Positions 7,310 to 18,191 of a DNA stretch of 64,000 bases are shown here, piece after piece. Position 1 is the stretch's first letter; every line of letters begins with the position of its first letter. The position numbers and the translations under genes are program-made. The DNA comes from Thermoanaerobaculia bacterium (GTDB taxonomy: Bacteria > Acidobacteriota > Thermoanaerobaculia > Gp7-AA8), in the NCBI GenBank assembly GCA_034664845.1, contig JAXDGW010000064.1, positions 21,632 through 85,631 on the forward strand. The letters run 5' to 3'. Under the pieces are notes generated by a model. It ran no database searches. It was not told the DNA's origin and saw nothing but the letters and a program-made list of their open reading frames with translations.

Positions 7310-9580
7310 TTGAACCCCACCTGGCTCTACGTCGGCGCGCTCTACGCCATCGCAGTCGCGCTCGCGCGCCGCGGCGGCAATCCGCTTCCGAAGCGCATCG
7401 CGGCACTCTTTTACCTGCTTGTCGTCATTTTCTTTTTCAAGGCGATGACGGGGCCGTACGTCAACGTCGCAACCGACATCCCGCGCCTCATCGCTCCCTG
7501 GTCCGCGTCGGCGCCGGGGTTCACCAAATACACGGTGCTGAACATGGAGACGCACGACGTCTCGATGCAGCTCGCGCCGTGGGCGCATCAGGTGCGCGAG
7601 GCCTGGAAGTCCGGCCACGCGCCGCTCTGGAACGCGCTCGCCGGCTGCGGCTATCCGCTTCTGGCCAACGCGCAAAGCGCCGCACTCTCGCCGCTGCGAA
7701 TGCTCGCGCTTCCGCTTCCGCTCGGCTACGCGATGACCGCCGAGGCGGCGATGAAAGTGCTCGTCGCGCTCACGTTCACGTTTCTCTATTGCCGGCGGCG
7801 GTACGACACGCTGCCGAGCAGCATCGCCGCGATTGTTTATGCTTTCGGCCCGTTCGTCATCGCGTGGCTGCACTTCGCGCAAAGCACGGCGGCCTGTTTT
7901 CTCCCCGCGGTGCTCTACCAGATCGACCTTCTCGTCGAGCGCCGCACCGGTGCCCGATTCGCGATGACTGCGGTGATTGGCGCGGCGGTCGTCTTCTGCG
8001 GCCATCCGGAGACAGCGATCCACATTCTCCTTTTCGCCGTCGCCTACGTTGTCTGGCTCGCCCTCGTCGAGAAGCAGCGCCAATTTCTCATTCCGCTGAT
8101 CGGCGCCGGCGTCATCGCCGCCCTCCTGGCGTTGCCGCTGATCGTTCCGTTTGCGGAGAACGTTCGCGATTCGACGCGATTCGAGTCGCAGAAAACGTGG
8201 GGCCGCGACATGCCGTTCTCGGATGGCCTGTCGCTCGCGCTGCTCGTACAGCCGAGGCTTTATGGGACGCGTCCGGGGAACCCGTGGGGCCCGGCGATGG
8301 CCGAAGCCGTCACCGGATTTGCCGGCATCCTCGGCATCGCCGCACTCGTGGCGGTCGCATGCGACACGATCGCGCGTCGGCGTTTCCGCGATCGCGAAGT
8401 CTTCTTCGTCCTTGCCGCGCTCGGCGTTCTCGCGCTGCTGGCAAACATCGGCCCCGCGGTCTCCGTCCTACACGCGATCATCGGGCTCGCTGCCAACGCG
8501 AGGCTGCGATTCCTGTTCGCATGGATCCTGGCGGTGCTCATCGCCGCGGCCTTGGATCGACTGCATCGCGGTGCGGTCGCGCCGTTTGCAATCGGCCTGG
8601 CCGCGGCGGCAACGCTGATGGCCCTCATCGTGATGAGAACGCCGTTTCCGAGCGACACCGCGCGTCACGACGGATTAATATCCGCGATCCCGAGCGCGAT
8701 CGTCCTGATCATCGCGACCGTCATGGCCTTCGCGCCCCGCGCGCGCAATCTCGCCGCGATCGCTCTGGTTGTCGCCGTGATCGCCGAGATGTGGCCGCTG
8801 ACGATCGGTTGGAACTCGGCGTTCCCCAACACAACCTTCTACCCGCGCACGCCGCTGATCGACGCTGTCCTGCGCCATCACCGTCCCGGCTTCGACCGCG
8901 TTGCCGGAATCGGCGGCGTCCTTTTCCCTAACACGAACGCCATGTTCGGCATCGAGGAGGTTCGTGTTCACGATCCAATGGAGCCCGCGCGCTTCGTGCA
9001 TTTCCTCGGGCCCGTCCTCACGACCGACTACTACAAAAAATGGATCGATCCCTCCTCGCCGCTGCTCGATCGATTGAACGCACGCTGGGTGATGGCCGAG
9101 CCGGGCCACGAGCTTATGGACACGGCGCGCTATCAACTTCGCTACTCCGGCGCCGACGGTCTGCTTTACGAGAACATGCACGTGCAGCCACGATTCTTCG
9201 CGAAGGGCGCGCGGGTCGCCATCACGTTGGCGAGCGCCGATGCGTACGTGCTCGACATTGACGCGCCAACCTCCTCGCTCGTCGTCAGCAGCGTCGGCTG
9301 GTCGCGATGGTGGCGCGCGGAAACGGCGAGCGGACGCCTCGCCACCCAACTCGTCGATGGCGCGTTCATTGGCTTCACTATTCCGGCGGGCCACACGAGC
9401 GTTCGTGTCCGCTACGTTCCCGTCTCGTTCTACATCGCCGTCGTCATCGCCCTGCTCACCGCCGCTCTTCTCGTCTGCTTTATGATCCGCGCCCGTGTTC
9501 AACGCTTCCTGGGCTTACGTCGGCGCGCTCTACGCGATCGCAATCTGGTGCGCGCGCCGCTGGAGTCCGGCGGTCCGTGA
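7310..9580 (+). CDS. YfhO family (GT-C fold) polytopic membrane protein 1
   Basis: Multi-TM; PLWN...GCGYPLLAN.QS motif; C-terminal GFTIPAGHTSVRVRYVP typical of YfhO. TTG start inferred from homology with the paralog's N-terminus and a TACCAT -10 box 7 nt upstream. Confidence 0.8.
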   Translation: MNPTWLYVGALYAIAVALARRGGNPLPKRIAALFYLLVVIFFFKAMTGPYVNVATDIPRLIAPWSASAPGFTKYTVLNMETHDVSMQLAPWAHQVREAWKSGHAPLWNALAGCGYPLLANAQSAALSPLRMLALPLPLGYAMTAEAAMKVLVALTFTFLYCRRRYDTLPSSIAAIVYAFGPFVIAWLHFAQSTAACFLPAVLYQIDLLVERRTGARFAMTAVIGAAVVFCGHPETAIHILLFAVAYVVWLALVEKQRQFLIPLIGAGVIAALLALPLIVPFAENVRDSTRFESQKTWGRDMPFSDGLSLALLVQPRLYGTRPGNPWGPAMAEAVTGFAGILGIAALVAVACDTIARRRFRDREVFFVLAALGVLALLANIGPAVSVLHAIIGLAANARLRFLFAWILAVLIAAALDRLHRGAVAPFAIGLAAAATLMALIVMRTPFPSDTARHDGLISAIPSAIVLIIATVMAFAPRARNLAAIALVVAVIAEMWPLTIGWNSAFPNTTFYPRTPLIDAVLRHHRPGFDRVAGIGGVLFPNTNAMFGIEEVRVHDPMEPARFVHFLGPVLTTDYYKKWIDPSSPLLDRLNARWVMAEPGHELMDTARYQLRYSGADGLLYENMHVQPRFFAKGARVAITLASADAYVLDIDAPTSSLVVSSVGWSRWWRAETASGRLATQLVDGAFIGFTIPAGHTSVRVRYVPVSFYIAVVIALLTAALLVCFMIRARVQRFLGLRRRALRDRNLVRAPLESGGP

Positions 9581-11891
9581 CGGGTTGCCGTGGCGCGTGG
9601 CCGCGTTTTTTTACGCGCTCGTTCTGATCTATCTCTTCCGCCCCATGACGGGCCAGTACGTCAACCTCCCGGTCGATTTCATCAACATCCTTCCGCCGTG
9701 GGGAAGCTGGGTCCAGCGCCACGGGGTATCGAACTCCGAGATGAACGATCTGACGATGCAGATCGTCCCGTGGGCGCATCAGGCCCGCGAGGCGTGGCGC
9801 TCGCTGCATTTCCCGATCTGGAATTCGCTCTCCGGTTGCGGTTATCCGCTCCTCGCCAACGGCCAGAGCTCGGCGATGTCGCCGCTGCGGCTGCTGGCGC
9901 TGCCGCTACCGCTCGGCTACGCCATGACGTCCGAGGCGGCGATGAAACTGCTGGTCGCGCTCACGTTCATGTACCTCTTCTGCCGGCGGCGGTACGACGA
10001 GCTGCCTTCCGCGATCGGGGCGATCGCATTCGCCTTCTGCACGTTCGTCAGCACCTGGCTGCACTTCCCGATCGTCACCGTCGCGGTCTGGCTGCCCGCC
10101 GCATTTCTCGCGCTGGAGCTTCTGATCGAACGGCGCACCTATCCGCGCTTCGTCTTCGCCGTCGCCGTCTGGGCCACGATGCTCTACGGCGGCCATCCGG
10201 AGACCGTGACGCATGTGACGTTCTTTGGAGGCCTTTTCGCGCTCTGGATCGCATTCGTCGAGCGGCCCGTGTCCTGGCGCGATGCTGTCCGCACGCTCGC
10301 GCTCGCCGCCGCTGCGATCTTCGTGGCCGCGCTTCTGGCCGCGCCGTTCATCGCCACGTTCGCGGAGACAGTGAAGAAGTCGCGGCGCTTTCAGGAGCTT
10401 CAAGTCCACGCCAACGAAGAGCCGCCCTTCTCCGATTTTCCCTCGGCCATCGCCACCTTCGAGCCGAACTTCTACGGCCACGCGCCGTTCGAGAAACCGT
10501 GGGGACCGGCAACCGCTGAGTCGATCACCGGCTTTGCCGGCATCCTCGGCATCGCCTCCTGGTTCGCGCTTCTGTATCGCGCCATCGCGCAGCGCCGCTT
10601 CCGCAGCCGCGAGATGTTTCTGGTCATCCTCGCGCTCGTCGCTGCCGGAATCGTTTTCAACTGGCCCGTCATCAGCTCGCTCTTCCACTTCGTCTTCAAG
10701 CTGGCGGCGAATGCGCGGCTGCGCCTGCTGCTCTGCTGGATCGCCGCGGCGATGACGGCGGCTGCGATCGATTCCGCCCGCCGCGAGCGCTCCACGCCCT
10801 TCCTCCTCGGCGTGCTCACCGCCGCTGCCCTGCTTCTCCGCACCATGTGGAAGGTCGATTTCCCGAGCGCCGTGGCGAAGGACACGGCGATGATCGCCAT
10901 TTTTCCCAGCATCCTCGTGCTCGTCCTCGCGTCGCTGTTCGTTCTGCAGGCTCGCGCCCGCCACATCGCCACCATGCTGATCGGGGTCGCGCTCGTTGCT
11001 GAGTTGTGGACCGCCTCGGACGGATGGAACCCGGTGCTGCCCGTCGAATCGATGTATCCGAAAACGCCCCTCATTCAGACGCTTCAACGATTGCAGGCGG
11101 CGACGCCGGCGAACGCGCCGTTTCGCGTCGTCGGAATCGGTGCCGCGCTCTTTCCCAACGCCCAGGCCATGTACCGTTTCGCCGACATCCGCACGCACGA
11201 TCCGATGGCCAACGGCCGCTACCTCGGCGTTCTTCGTCTGCTGGCGAATCTCGAGACGAACGACTATTTCTCGAAATGGCAGAACGTCAAAACGCCGCTG
11301 CTGAACTATCTGAATGTGCGCTATCTCGTCGGCGCGCGGGACCTCGAGGCGGGCGATCCGGCGCGTTATCGCCTCGTGTACGACAACCGCGACGGACGGA
11401 TTTTCGAGAATCTCGACGTGAAACCGCGCTTCTTCGCCGCGCACGACCTCGTGCTCGAGTTCCGGCACAACATGTTCGCGCAGACGCTCACCGAGCACGA
11501 TCTGGCGAAGGAGACCGTCGTCAACATCCTTCCTGTCGACAGCGATCGGATGCGCCAGGATCTGCTCGCGCCGAAGAGCGATCCGGCCGTGCAGATCGTC
11601 GAGGCAAACGATCCCGACTTCCGGCTGCGAATCCGCAGCGCGCGGCACGCGCTCATCGTCAGCAGCCAGCCGTTCTGGCCGGGGATGCGCGTTTCGCTGA
11701 ATGGCAAATCCATCCGCGCACTGGCCGTGAACGGCGCGTTCCTCGGCTTCACGATTCCGCCCGGCGACTGGGACGTGCGCGTCCACTATCTACCGGCGAC
11801 GTTCTACGGCGGACTGGCCGCTGCAATTCTCACGCTTCTAGCGATGATCGCCTGGCCATTCGCACGATCACGAATCCTCCGGCGAACATGA
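9495..11891 (+). CDS. YfhO family (GT-C fold) polytopic membrane protein 2
   Basis: Paralog of the upstream gene (PIWNSLSGCGYPLLANGQS; GFTIPPGDWDVRVHYLP). Confidence 0.8.
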   Translation: MFNASWAYVGALYAIAIWCARRWSPAVRDGLPWRVAAFFYALVLIYLFRPMTGQYVNLPVDFINILPPWGSWVQRHGVSNSEMNDLTMQIVPWAHQAREAWRSLHFPIWNSLSGCGYPLLANGQSSAMSPLRLLALPLPLGYAMTSEAAMKLLVALTFMYLFCRRRYDELPSAIGAIAFAFCTFVSTWLHFPIVTVAVWLPAAFLALELLIERRTYPRFVFAVAVWATMLYGGHPETVTHVTFFGGLFALWIAFVERPVSWRDAVRTLALAAAAIFVAALLAAPFIATFAETVKKSRRFQELQVHANEEPPFSDFPSAIATFEPNFYGHAPFEKPWGPATAESITGFAGILGIASWFALLYRAIAQRRFRSREMFLVILALVAAGIVFNWPVISSLFHFVFKLAANARLRLLLCWIAAAMTAAAIDSARRERSTPFLLGVLTAAALLLRTMWKVDFPSAVAKDTAMIAIFPSILVLVLASLFVLQARARHIATMLIGVALVAELWTASDGWNPVLPVESMYPKTPLIQTLQRLQAATPANAPFRVVGIGAALFPNAQAMYRFADIRTHDPMANGRYLGVLRLLANLETNDYFSKWQNVKTPLLNYLNVRYLVGARDLEAGDPARYRLVYDNRDGRIFENLDVKPRFFAAHDLVLEFRHNMFAQTLTEHDLAKETVVNILPVDSDRMRQDLLAPKSDPAVQIVEANDPDFRLRIRSARHALIVSSQPFWPGMRVSLNGKSIRALAVNGAFLGFTIPPGDWDVRVHYLPATFYGGLAAAILTLLAMIAWPFARSRILRRT

Positions 11892-13269
11892 TCAGAACGA
11901 TCGGGATGAGCGAGCGCAAATCGCCCGGTCCCGTCAGAGGTTCGCCGAGGTTGAAGCTGGCCCATTCGGAGGCATCGGAGTCGGGAGCGTGCCGCGAGAA
12001 AACGAGCGCCTCGTCGAACGTCATGCGATTCACGGACGTGTGACCGGTGAATGTCGCCGCCGACCAGGGAGGCGTGATCGGCACGCGATCCGAGAAATGG
12101 CCAGTGATCAGAAGCGGCAGCAGATACTGCGAAACGGGCCGCGGAATCGTGCCCGACGGCTGCGGATCGACCGCTGCCGCGGCGAAGTTGATGACGAGCG
12201 AAACAACGCCGAGTGCGATCATCACCCTCGTCCGCCGCGCGTAGGCGATGGCGATGCCGAATAAAGGAATGAGCGGAACGAGGTAGCGCCCGCCGACACC
12301 GAATCCGGCCTCCCATCCGTTGAAACTGACGTTGAAGGCGAAGAGCGCCACGATCGCCGTGAGCGCGAGCGCGCACTCGATGCGGCGTTCCCGCCACCAT
12401 GCGGCGAAACCGAAGAACGCGACCAGCAGCAGCGGCGCAAAGAAAAAGACCCCTCGGTACGGCGAGAGCGTTACGCCATAGATCGACTCAATCGTCGGCA
12501 GTTGAAAGACGCCGAAGAGCGCTCGCTGGCTAAGGAAATGCGGGTTTTCATGCGGGATGCCGGTCGAAAGAAAACTGCCGAAGCAGACCTGCTGATACGC
12601 GGCAAGCGCGAGCAGCGGCGCAATGGCGCCCGCGACGAACGCGCGGTCGCGCTTCCGCACGAAGACGAACAGAAGTCCAACGGCGCAGAGGTAGTTCATG
12701 GCGGTGGCCACGCCGGCGGCGAATCCGGCCAGCATCCGGCGCTCCCCCACCAGCGCGTACGTCAGCAGCAGAGCGCTCGGTACGTGAAGCATGAACAACG
12801 TCGCGTACGGGAAGAGCTGTGTTCCGAGCGCAGTCGCGAGCGCGGCCAGTGCGGCCTGAAGCGCGGGCACGTTTCGACGGCGCGCCACGGCGTAGAGCAG
12901 AGCCGGAATCAGCGCTCCCGGAATGGCGACGCAGAGGAGCGTGCATAGATAGGCGTTGATCGTGACGACGCGGATGTCGCTCACGTCGATGCCGCGAGCA
13001 CTCTCGACCGCGTTCAACAGCGCGTACGGCGCGGCGGCGATCCACGAGAGCGCCGGTGACTTGTTCGTGTAGACGTGGCCGTTGACGAACGAGAGATCGC
13101 CCGTGTTGCTTGCATACGCGTCGATGGCGAACGTGTGCCGCTCCGCCATGGCGCGCGCGAGGTCGAGTTGAGAGTTCTGGTTCCAGCCGCCCCCGCCGTG
13201 GAAGTACGCGTAGGCCACGAGGGTGAGGAGAAACAGCCACTCGGAGACTCGGCGATCCGCGTGGCTCAT
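11830..13269 (-). CDS. Polytopic membrane protein, GT-C/PMT-like glycosyltransferase
   Basis: Many TM segments; N-terminal WNQNSQLDL...GDLS...GHVYTNKSPALS loop; GGRYLVPLIP. Confidence 0.6.
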   Translation of the reverse strand: MSHADRRVSEWLFLLTLVAYAYFHGGGGWNQNSQLDLARAMAERHTFAIDAYASNTGDLSFVNGHVYTNKSPALSWIAAAPYALLNAVESARGIDVSDIRVVTINAYLCTLLCVAIPGALIPALLYAVARRRNVPALQAALAALATALGTQLFPYATLFMLHVPSALLLTYALVGERRMLAGFAAGVATAMNYLCAVGLLFVFVRKRDRAFVAGAIAPLLALAAYQQVCFGSFLSTGIPHENPHFLSQRALFGVFQLPTIESIYGVTLSPYRGVFFFAPLLLVAFFGFAAWWRERRIECALALTAIVALFAFNVSFNGWEAGFGVGGRYLVPLIPLFGIAIAYARRTRVMIALGVVSLVINFAAAAVDPQPSGTIPRPVSQYLLPLLITGHFSDRVPITPPWSAATFTGHTSVNRMTFDEALVFSRHAPDSDASEWASFNLGEPLTGPGDLRSLIPIVLIMFAGGFVIVRMARRSSLEA

Positions 13270-13302
13270 CGCGCTGGATTGTACGCGTATGATCGGTCAC
13301 TC

Positions 13303-14355
13303 ATGACGGAGCCGCCGCCGAAGGAGAGAGCGCTCGCCGTTCTGACCGAATTGCTCGCCGTCCTGGCGCTTTACGCACTGGCAGTTGCGTTCATCCGCCC
13401 CTCGGGAAACTTCCCGCTTGACGACGACACCTACTTCGGCCTGCCTGCGCTGGAGTTTGCCCGTACCGGCCACTTTCATCTGACCATCGCGCCGCACTCG
13501 CTGCGCGCGCAGATTCTCTGGGGCGCGCTCTTCGTCCGGCTCTTTGGCCCGACGTTCGATGCGTTGCACGTAGCGTCGATGGTCAGCCTGGCCATCGCCA
13601 TCGTCATGTTCCACGCCACGCTTCGCCGCCTTCCGGTCGCGCGCGGCGTGCGTCTCTTCGCCACCTTCGCTTTTGCGTTTCATCCGCTGCTCTTCTGGTC
13701 GAGCTTCACGTTCATGACCGAGGCGCACTTCGTATGCGCGTCGGTGATCGCGATCATCGCCGGCTCGTTGGCCGCGATTCTCGGCGTGAGGCTGCTCTTC
13801 GCAGTTCCCGCCGCGGTCGCCAATCCTCGCCGCGATGCCGCGGTTCTCCTTGCGGCCGGCTATGTCGTCGCCCACACGTCCGCGCTCTGCGCATCGGCGG
13901 CGTACTTCGACCGCTATGCACTGTCGTCGGCGTGGCCCGTCGCTGTCGTCCTGGCGATCATCACGCCGAAACGCCCTCTCTGGAAAGGTGCGATCGCCGT
14001 GCTGCTGCTCGTCGCAGCATTCGATGTCGTCGCCGTCGATGAGTACTTCGCATGGCAGCGCGCGCGTTGGTCGGCGTGGTACGACTTGCAGCGCCAGGGA
14101 GTACCGGTTCGCGAGATCGACGCCGGAAACGAGCCGTTTGATCTGGCGGAGCGAGCCTACGCAGACGACGTCCATTCGAGGCGTCGCATGGCGTTCGGTC
14201 CAGGGCCGCGGCGCTACTCCATCGCATTTCAACCGCAACCGGAAATGCGAATCATCGGCCGCTACCCGTTCCGCGGCTGGCTCGGACTACACCAGGGAAC
14301 GATCTTCGTGCTCGAGCGGATCAGCGGAACTTCTTCGACAGCCGCTCACGACTGA
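13303..14355 (+). CDS. GT39/PMT-like membrane glycosyltransferase
   Basis: NFPLDDDTY acidic loop, multiple TM helices, SFTFMTE, FDRY. Start chosen at ATG 13303 after a TATGAT -10 box. Confidence 0.6.
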   Translation: MTEPPPKERALAVLTELLAVLALYALAVAFIRPSGNFPLDDDTYFGLPALEFARTGHFHLTIAPHSLRAQILWGALFVRLFGPTFDALHVASMVSLAIAIVMFHATLRRLPVARGVRLFATFAFAFHPLLFWSSFTFMTEAHFVCASVIAIIAGSLAAILGVRLLFAVPAAVANPRRDAAVLLAAGYVVAHTSALCASAAYFDRYALSSAWPVAVVLAIITPKRPLWKGAIAVLLLVAAFDVVAVDEYFAWQRARWSAWYDLQRQGVPVREIDAGNEPFDLAERAYADDVHSRRRMAFGPGPRRYSIAFQPQPEMRIIGRYPFRGWLGLHQGTIFVLERISGTSSTAAHD

Positions 14356-15109
14356 TCGCATCGACGCGCGCCAGCGTCGGCGCGAGAACCTCGCGCTGCT
14401 TCTCGACGAGCGCCGCGATCCCTTCCTTCGCCAGCCCCAGCATCGCCGTCATTTCCTCATCGCTGAACGTCGCCCCCTCGGCCGTCCCCTGCAATTCGAT
14501 GAAACGCCCTTTGTCCGTTGCGACGATGTTCATATCGACGCCGGCTTTCGAATCCTCTTCGTAGTTCAGGTCGAGCGCGGGCGAGCCGTTGATGATGCCG
14601 ACGGAAACGGCGGCGACGAACGAACTGATCGGCCAGGTCACCAGCTTTCCATCGACATAGAGCCGCCCGAGCGCCAGCACCAGCGCGACGAAGGAGCCGG
14701 TGATCGACGCCGTGCGTGTTCCGCCGTCCGCCTGAATCACATCGCAATCGAGCCAGATGGTCCGTTCGCCAAGCATCTCGCTGTTCACCGCAGCGCGAAG
14801 CGAGCGACCGATCAAACGCTGAATCTCCATCGTCCGCCCGCCCTGCTTTCCGCGCGCCGCCTCGCGGTCCGTCCGTTCCGTCGTCGCCCGCGGCAGCATC
14901 CCGTACTCGGCCGTCACCCACCCCTTGCCGGTGCGATACAAAAACGGCGGGACCTTCTCCTGCACCGAGGCAGTGCAGATGACGCGCGTGTCCCCGATCT
15001 CGATCAACGCGGAGCCCTCCGCATGCTTGCTGAAGTTCGGCGTGATGAGGACGCGGCGCATCTCGTTCGAGGCGCGCCCATCGGTGCGGGGCTTGGTTTG
15101 GGTGACCAT
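14321..15109 (-). CDS. rph: Ribonuclease PH
   Basis: [55 protein letters not shown]. Real start is ATG 15109; the track's extension runs through repeats. Confidence 0.95.
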   Translation of the reverse strand: MVTQTKPRTDGRASNEMRRVLITPNFSKHAEGSALIEIGDTRVICTASVQEKVPPFLYRTGKGWVTAEYGMLPRATTERTDREAARGKQGGRTMEIQRLIGRSLRAAVNSEMLGERTIWLDCDVIQADGGTRTASITGSFVALVLALGRLYVDGKLVTWPISSFVAAVSVGIINGSPALDLNYEEDSKAGVDMNIVATDKGRFIELQGTAEGATFSDEEMTAMLGLAKEGIAALVEKQREVLAPTLARVDAISRERLSKKFR

Positions 15110-15126
15110 TGGCGGTGGAGAATAGC

Positions 15127-15909
15127 TTATTGCGCGGCCTGGCGGCCGCGCGTTGTCGGTTGTCGGTTGGTTGCGCTTCGCGCGTTGTCTCGTTGATGTG
15201 CGAGGAAGCATCAGGACAACCGGGTGCGGTCGGCGCCGCGTAGCGGCCGGAAGAGGATAGCGAGGGGTGCGAGCGCTTTTGCGAGCACCCCTCGTAACGA
15301 GTGATTACATCTCCATGCCGCGTCAGCGGCACTGGAAATCGCGGCACATCGTCGTTCGCTTATTGCGCGGCCCTGGCGGGCCGCGCGTTGTCGGTTGTCG
15401 GTTGGTTGCGCTTCGCACGTTGTCTGGTTGATGCACGAGGAAGCAACCGGACGGCGACGAGTCCGGTCTGCGCCGCGTAGCGGCTGGAAGAGGAGAGCGA
15501 GGGGTGCGAGCGCTTTTTGCGAGCACCCCTCGTAACGAGTGATTCGTCTCCAGGCACTGGAAATCGCAGCACATCGTCAGTTGAACATCCAATGCCGGCG
15601 AGATTCTCAAATCCGTGATTCCGACGGGTCCAGTGCCGCTGACGCGGCACGATTCTCACAATCGCCCGACTACGAGGGGTGCTCGCAAAAAAGCGCTCGC
15701 ACCCCTCGCTATCCTCTCTTTGCCGCTATCGCGGCACTGCCGAGCAACAAAGCGGACCGACGCGCGAGCGCAACCGACAACGCGAAACGCAATCAACCGA
15801 CAACGCGCGAATCACATTAACCAACAACGCGCGAATCACAATCTACCGACAACGCGCGAAGCGCAACCAACCGACAACCGACAACGCGCGGCCCGCCAGG
15901 GCCGCGCAA
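15127..15909. repeat. Composite REP/BIME-like mosaic: two direct ~233-bp units plus one inverted unit
   Basis: Units start TTATTGCGCGGCC at 15127 and 15360; the inverted copy ends at 15909. Shared modules are GTTGTCGGTTGTCGGTTGGTTGCGCTTCGC, GAGGGGTGCGAGCGC-Tn-GCGAGCACCCCTCG and GCCGCGTCAGCGGCACTGG. Confidence 0.9.
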
Positions 15910-17172
15910 CTAAACAGCCACCCCCTCCGCCACCTCCGCCCCTTTCGGCACAACCACGATCCCGGAATCCGTCACCGTAAAGCGCGCACGATCGGCTTCG
16001 ATGTCGTAGCCGATCGTCGTATTCGCGGGGATCTTCACGCCTTTGTCGATGATCGTGCGGCGGATCTTCGAGTGGCGGCCGATCTCCACACCGTCCATCA
16101 GGATTGACTCGTCGACGTCGGTGTACGAATGGATGCGAACGCGTGGATGGAGGATGCTGCGGTTGATCGTGCCGCCGGAGATGATGACGCCGGCCGAGAC
16201 GAGCGAGTCGGTGGCGATTCCGATGCGCTGCGACTTCGAATCGGCGAACACGAACTTCGCTGGCGGCAGGTTCAGTGGCGCCGAGACCATCGGCCACAGA
16301 GTGTTGTAGAGGTTGAAGAGCGGCGTGACCGCGACCAGATCGAGCGACGCCGCGAAATACGAGTCGATCGTACCGACGTCGCGCCAGTAGCCGCGGTTGA
16401 TCTCCGCTTCGCCGGGTACGTGGTTCTGGCCGAAGTCGTACGCGTAAACCTTCATCCGCGGATACATCGCCGGGATGATCTCCTTGCCGAAATCGTGGGC
16501 CGCATCACGCAACGCGTTCCGCTGCAGCACGTCGATCATCACGTTGGCCTTGAAGATGTAGTTGCCCATCGACGCCAGAACCATATCCGGACGGCCAGGA
16601 ATCGTCTTCGCTCCCTCTTTCGGCTTCTCGACGAAGCCCGTCACGCGCCAGTCGCTATCGACTTCGACGATGCCGAATTGATGCGCTTCCTCCACCGGCA
16701 CCGGGATCGTCGCGATGGTCAGATCGGCGTCGTTCGTCAGGTGCTCCTGCAGCATCTGGTTCACATCCATCTTGTAGATGTGATCGCCGCCGAAGACGCA
16801 GACGAACTCCGGCTGCTCGTCGAAGATCAGCTCGAGATTCTGGAAGACGGCGTCGGCCGTCCCTCGAAACCAGAACGGACCCTTGCGCATCTGCGCCGGA
16901 ACGATGTCGACGTATTGGCCGATCTCCGGGACCAACCTCCACGTCCGCGTGATGTGCTCGATGAGCGAGTTCGACTTGAACTGCGTCATCACCTTGATCT
17001 TGAAGAACCCCGAGTTGATGAAGTTGTTGATGACGAAGTCGATGATCCGGTAGCGGCCGCCGAAGGGCACGGCCGGCTTGGCCCGGTCGCGCGTCAGCGG
17101 ATAAAGGCGCTCGCCCATACCGCCGGCGAGGATCATCGTCAGAATGTTGCGGCGAGCCAGTGATGCGTGCAT
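15910..17172 (-). CDS. glgC: Glucose-1-phosphate adenylyltransferase
   Basis: [62 protein letters not shown]. Confidence 0.95.
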   Translation of the reverse strand: MHASLARRNILTMILAGGMGERLYPLTRDRAKPAVPFGGRYRIIDFVINNFINSGFFKIKVMTQFKSNSLIEHITRTWRLVPEIGQYVDIVPAQMRKGPFWFRGTADAVFQNLELIFDEQPEFVCVFGGDHIYKMDVNQMLQEHLTNDADLTIATIPVPVEEAHQFGIVEVDSDWRVTGFVEKPKEGAKTIPGRPDMVLASMGNYIFKANVMIDVLQRNALRDAAHDFGKEIIPAMYPRMKVYAYDFGQNHVPGEAEINRGYWRDVGTIDSYFAASLDLVAVTPLFNLYNTLWPMVSAPLNLPPAKFVFADSKSQRIGIATDSLVSAGVIISGGTINRSILHPRVRIHSYTDVDESILMDGVEIGRHSKIRRTIIDKGVKIPANTTIGYDIEADRARFTVTDSGIVVVPKGAEVAEGVAV

Positions 17173-17238
17173 GTAGGGCGGATTCTTTCTCCAACCGGCT
17201 CACGAAGCAATTCATGTGCTAAAACGCTTTGTCGCACG

Positions 17239-18189
17239 ATGGCTGAAAAGGACTACTACGACATCCTCGGCGTGAAGAAGTCCGCCTCCCCGGATGAGAT
17301 CAAGAAGGCATACCGCGCCCTGGCGAAGAAGTTCCATCCCGACAAGAACAAAGGGAACAAGGACGCCGAGAACAAGTTCAAGGAGATGTCCGAGGCGTAC
17401 GCGGTGCTCTCGGACACGGAAAAGCGCGAGCAGTACGACCGCCTCGGCAAGGAAGCCTTTCGAAGTGGAGGCGGAGGCGGGAACCCATTCCAGGGCGGCG
17501 GAAGCCCGTTCGGCGGATTCGACTTCTCGCAGTTCACCAACGCCGCAGGCGGGCGCGCACGTGCCGGCAGGCGGCCGGCAGGCGGCACCGGCGGGTTCAC
17601 CGACATCTTCTCCGACCTTTTCGGCGGCGGCGGATTCGAGCAGGGACCGGAGCGCGGCGCCGATCTCGAAGCCGAGCTCACTATCGACTTTCGCGACGCC
17701 ATCCTCGGCACGACGATGGACCTCACCATCAACGGCAGCCGCGTCAAGGTGAAAATCCCCGAGGGGGTTTCGGATGGGCAGAGGATCCGGCTGAGAGGCA
17801 AAGGGAGTCCCGGCGCGGCCGGCGGTCCTGCCGGCGACCTCAACGTGCTCATTCACATCCGCCCGCATCCGTTGTTCGAGCGCCGCGGCGACGACGTTTA
17901 CATCGATCTCCCCATCAAAGTCGGCGAAGCAATGCGCGGCAGTGAAGTGGAAGTGCCGACGATTCACGGGCCGGTCCGCGCGCGCATCCCCGCGGGAACG
18001 CAGGGGGGCCAGACCTTTCGGCTGCGCGGCAAGGGCGTGAAAAAGAAAGCGGGAGCTTTCGGCGATCACTATTACCGCGTCGAGATCACCGTCCCGAAAA
18101 ACGCCTCGGCCGAGGTACTCGAAGCGGCGGAGACGATCGACGGCGCGTACGGCGACGATCCGCGGGCGAAACTGAACACCGCTCTCTAG
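17239..18189 (+). CDS. DnaJ class B chaperone (CbpA/DnaJ2-like)
   Basis: J domain with HPD (KKFHPDKN), G/F-rich linker, C-terminal domain, no zinc finger. Confidence 0.9.
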   Translation: MAEKDYYDILGVKKSASPDEIKKAYRALAKKFHPDKNKGNKDAENKFKEMSEAYAVLSDTEKREQYDRLGKEAFRSGGGGGNPFQGGGSPFGGFDFSQFTNAAGGRARAGRRPAGGTGGFTDIFSDLFGGGGFEQGPERGADLEAELTIDFRDAILGTTMDLTINGSRVKVKIPEGVSDGQRIRLRGKGSPGAAGGPAGDLNVLIHIRPHPLFERRGDDVYIDLPIKVGEAMRGSEVEVPTIHGPVRARIPAGTQGGQTFRLRGKGVKKKAGAFGDHYYRVEITVPKNASAEVLEAAETIDGAYGDDPRAKLNTAL

Positions 18190-18191
18190 CC

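Noticed and set aside
15127-15909. Possible CRISPR array
   Set aside because: Units are about 233 bp, one is inverted, the 'spacers' are homologous to one another, and no cas genes are present.
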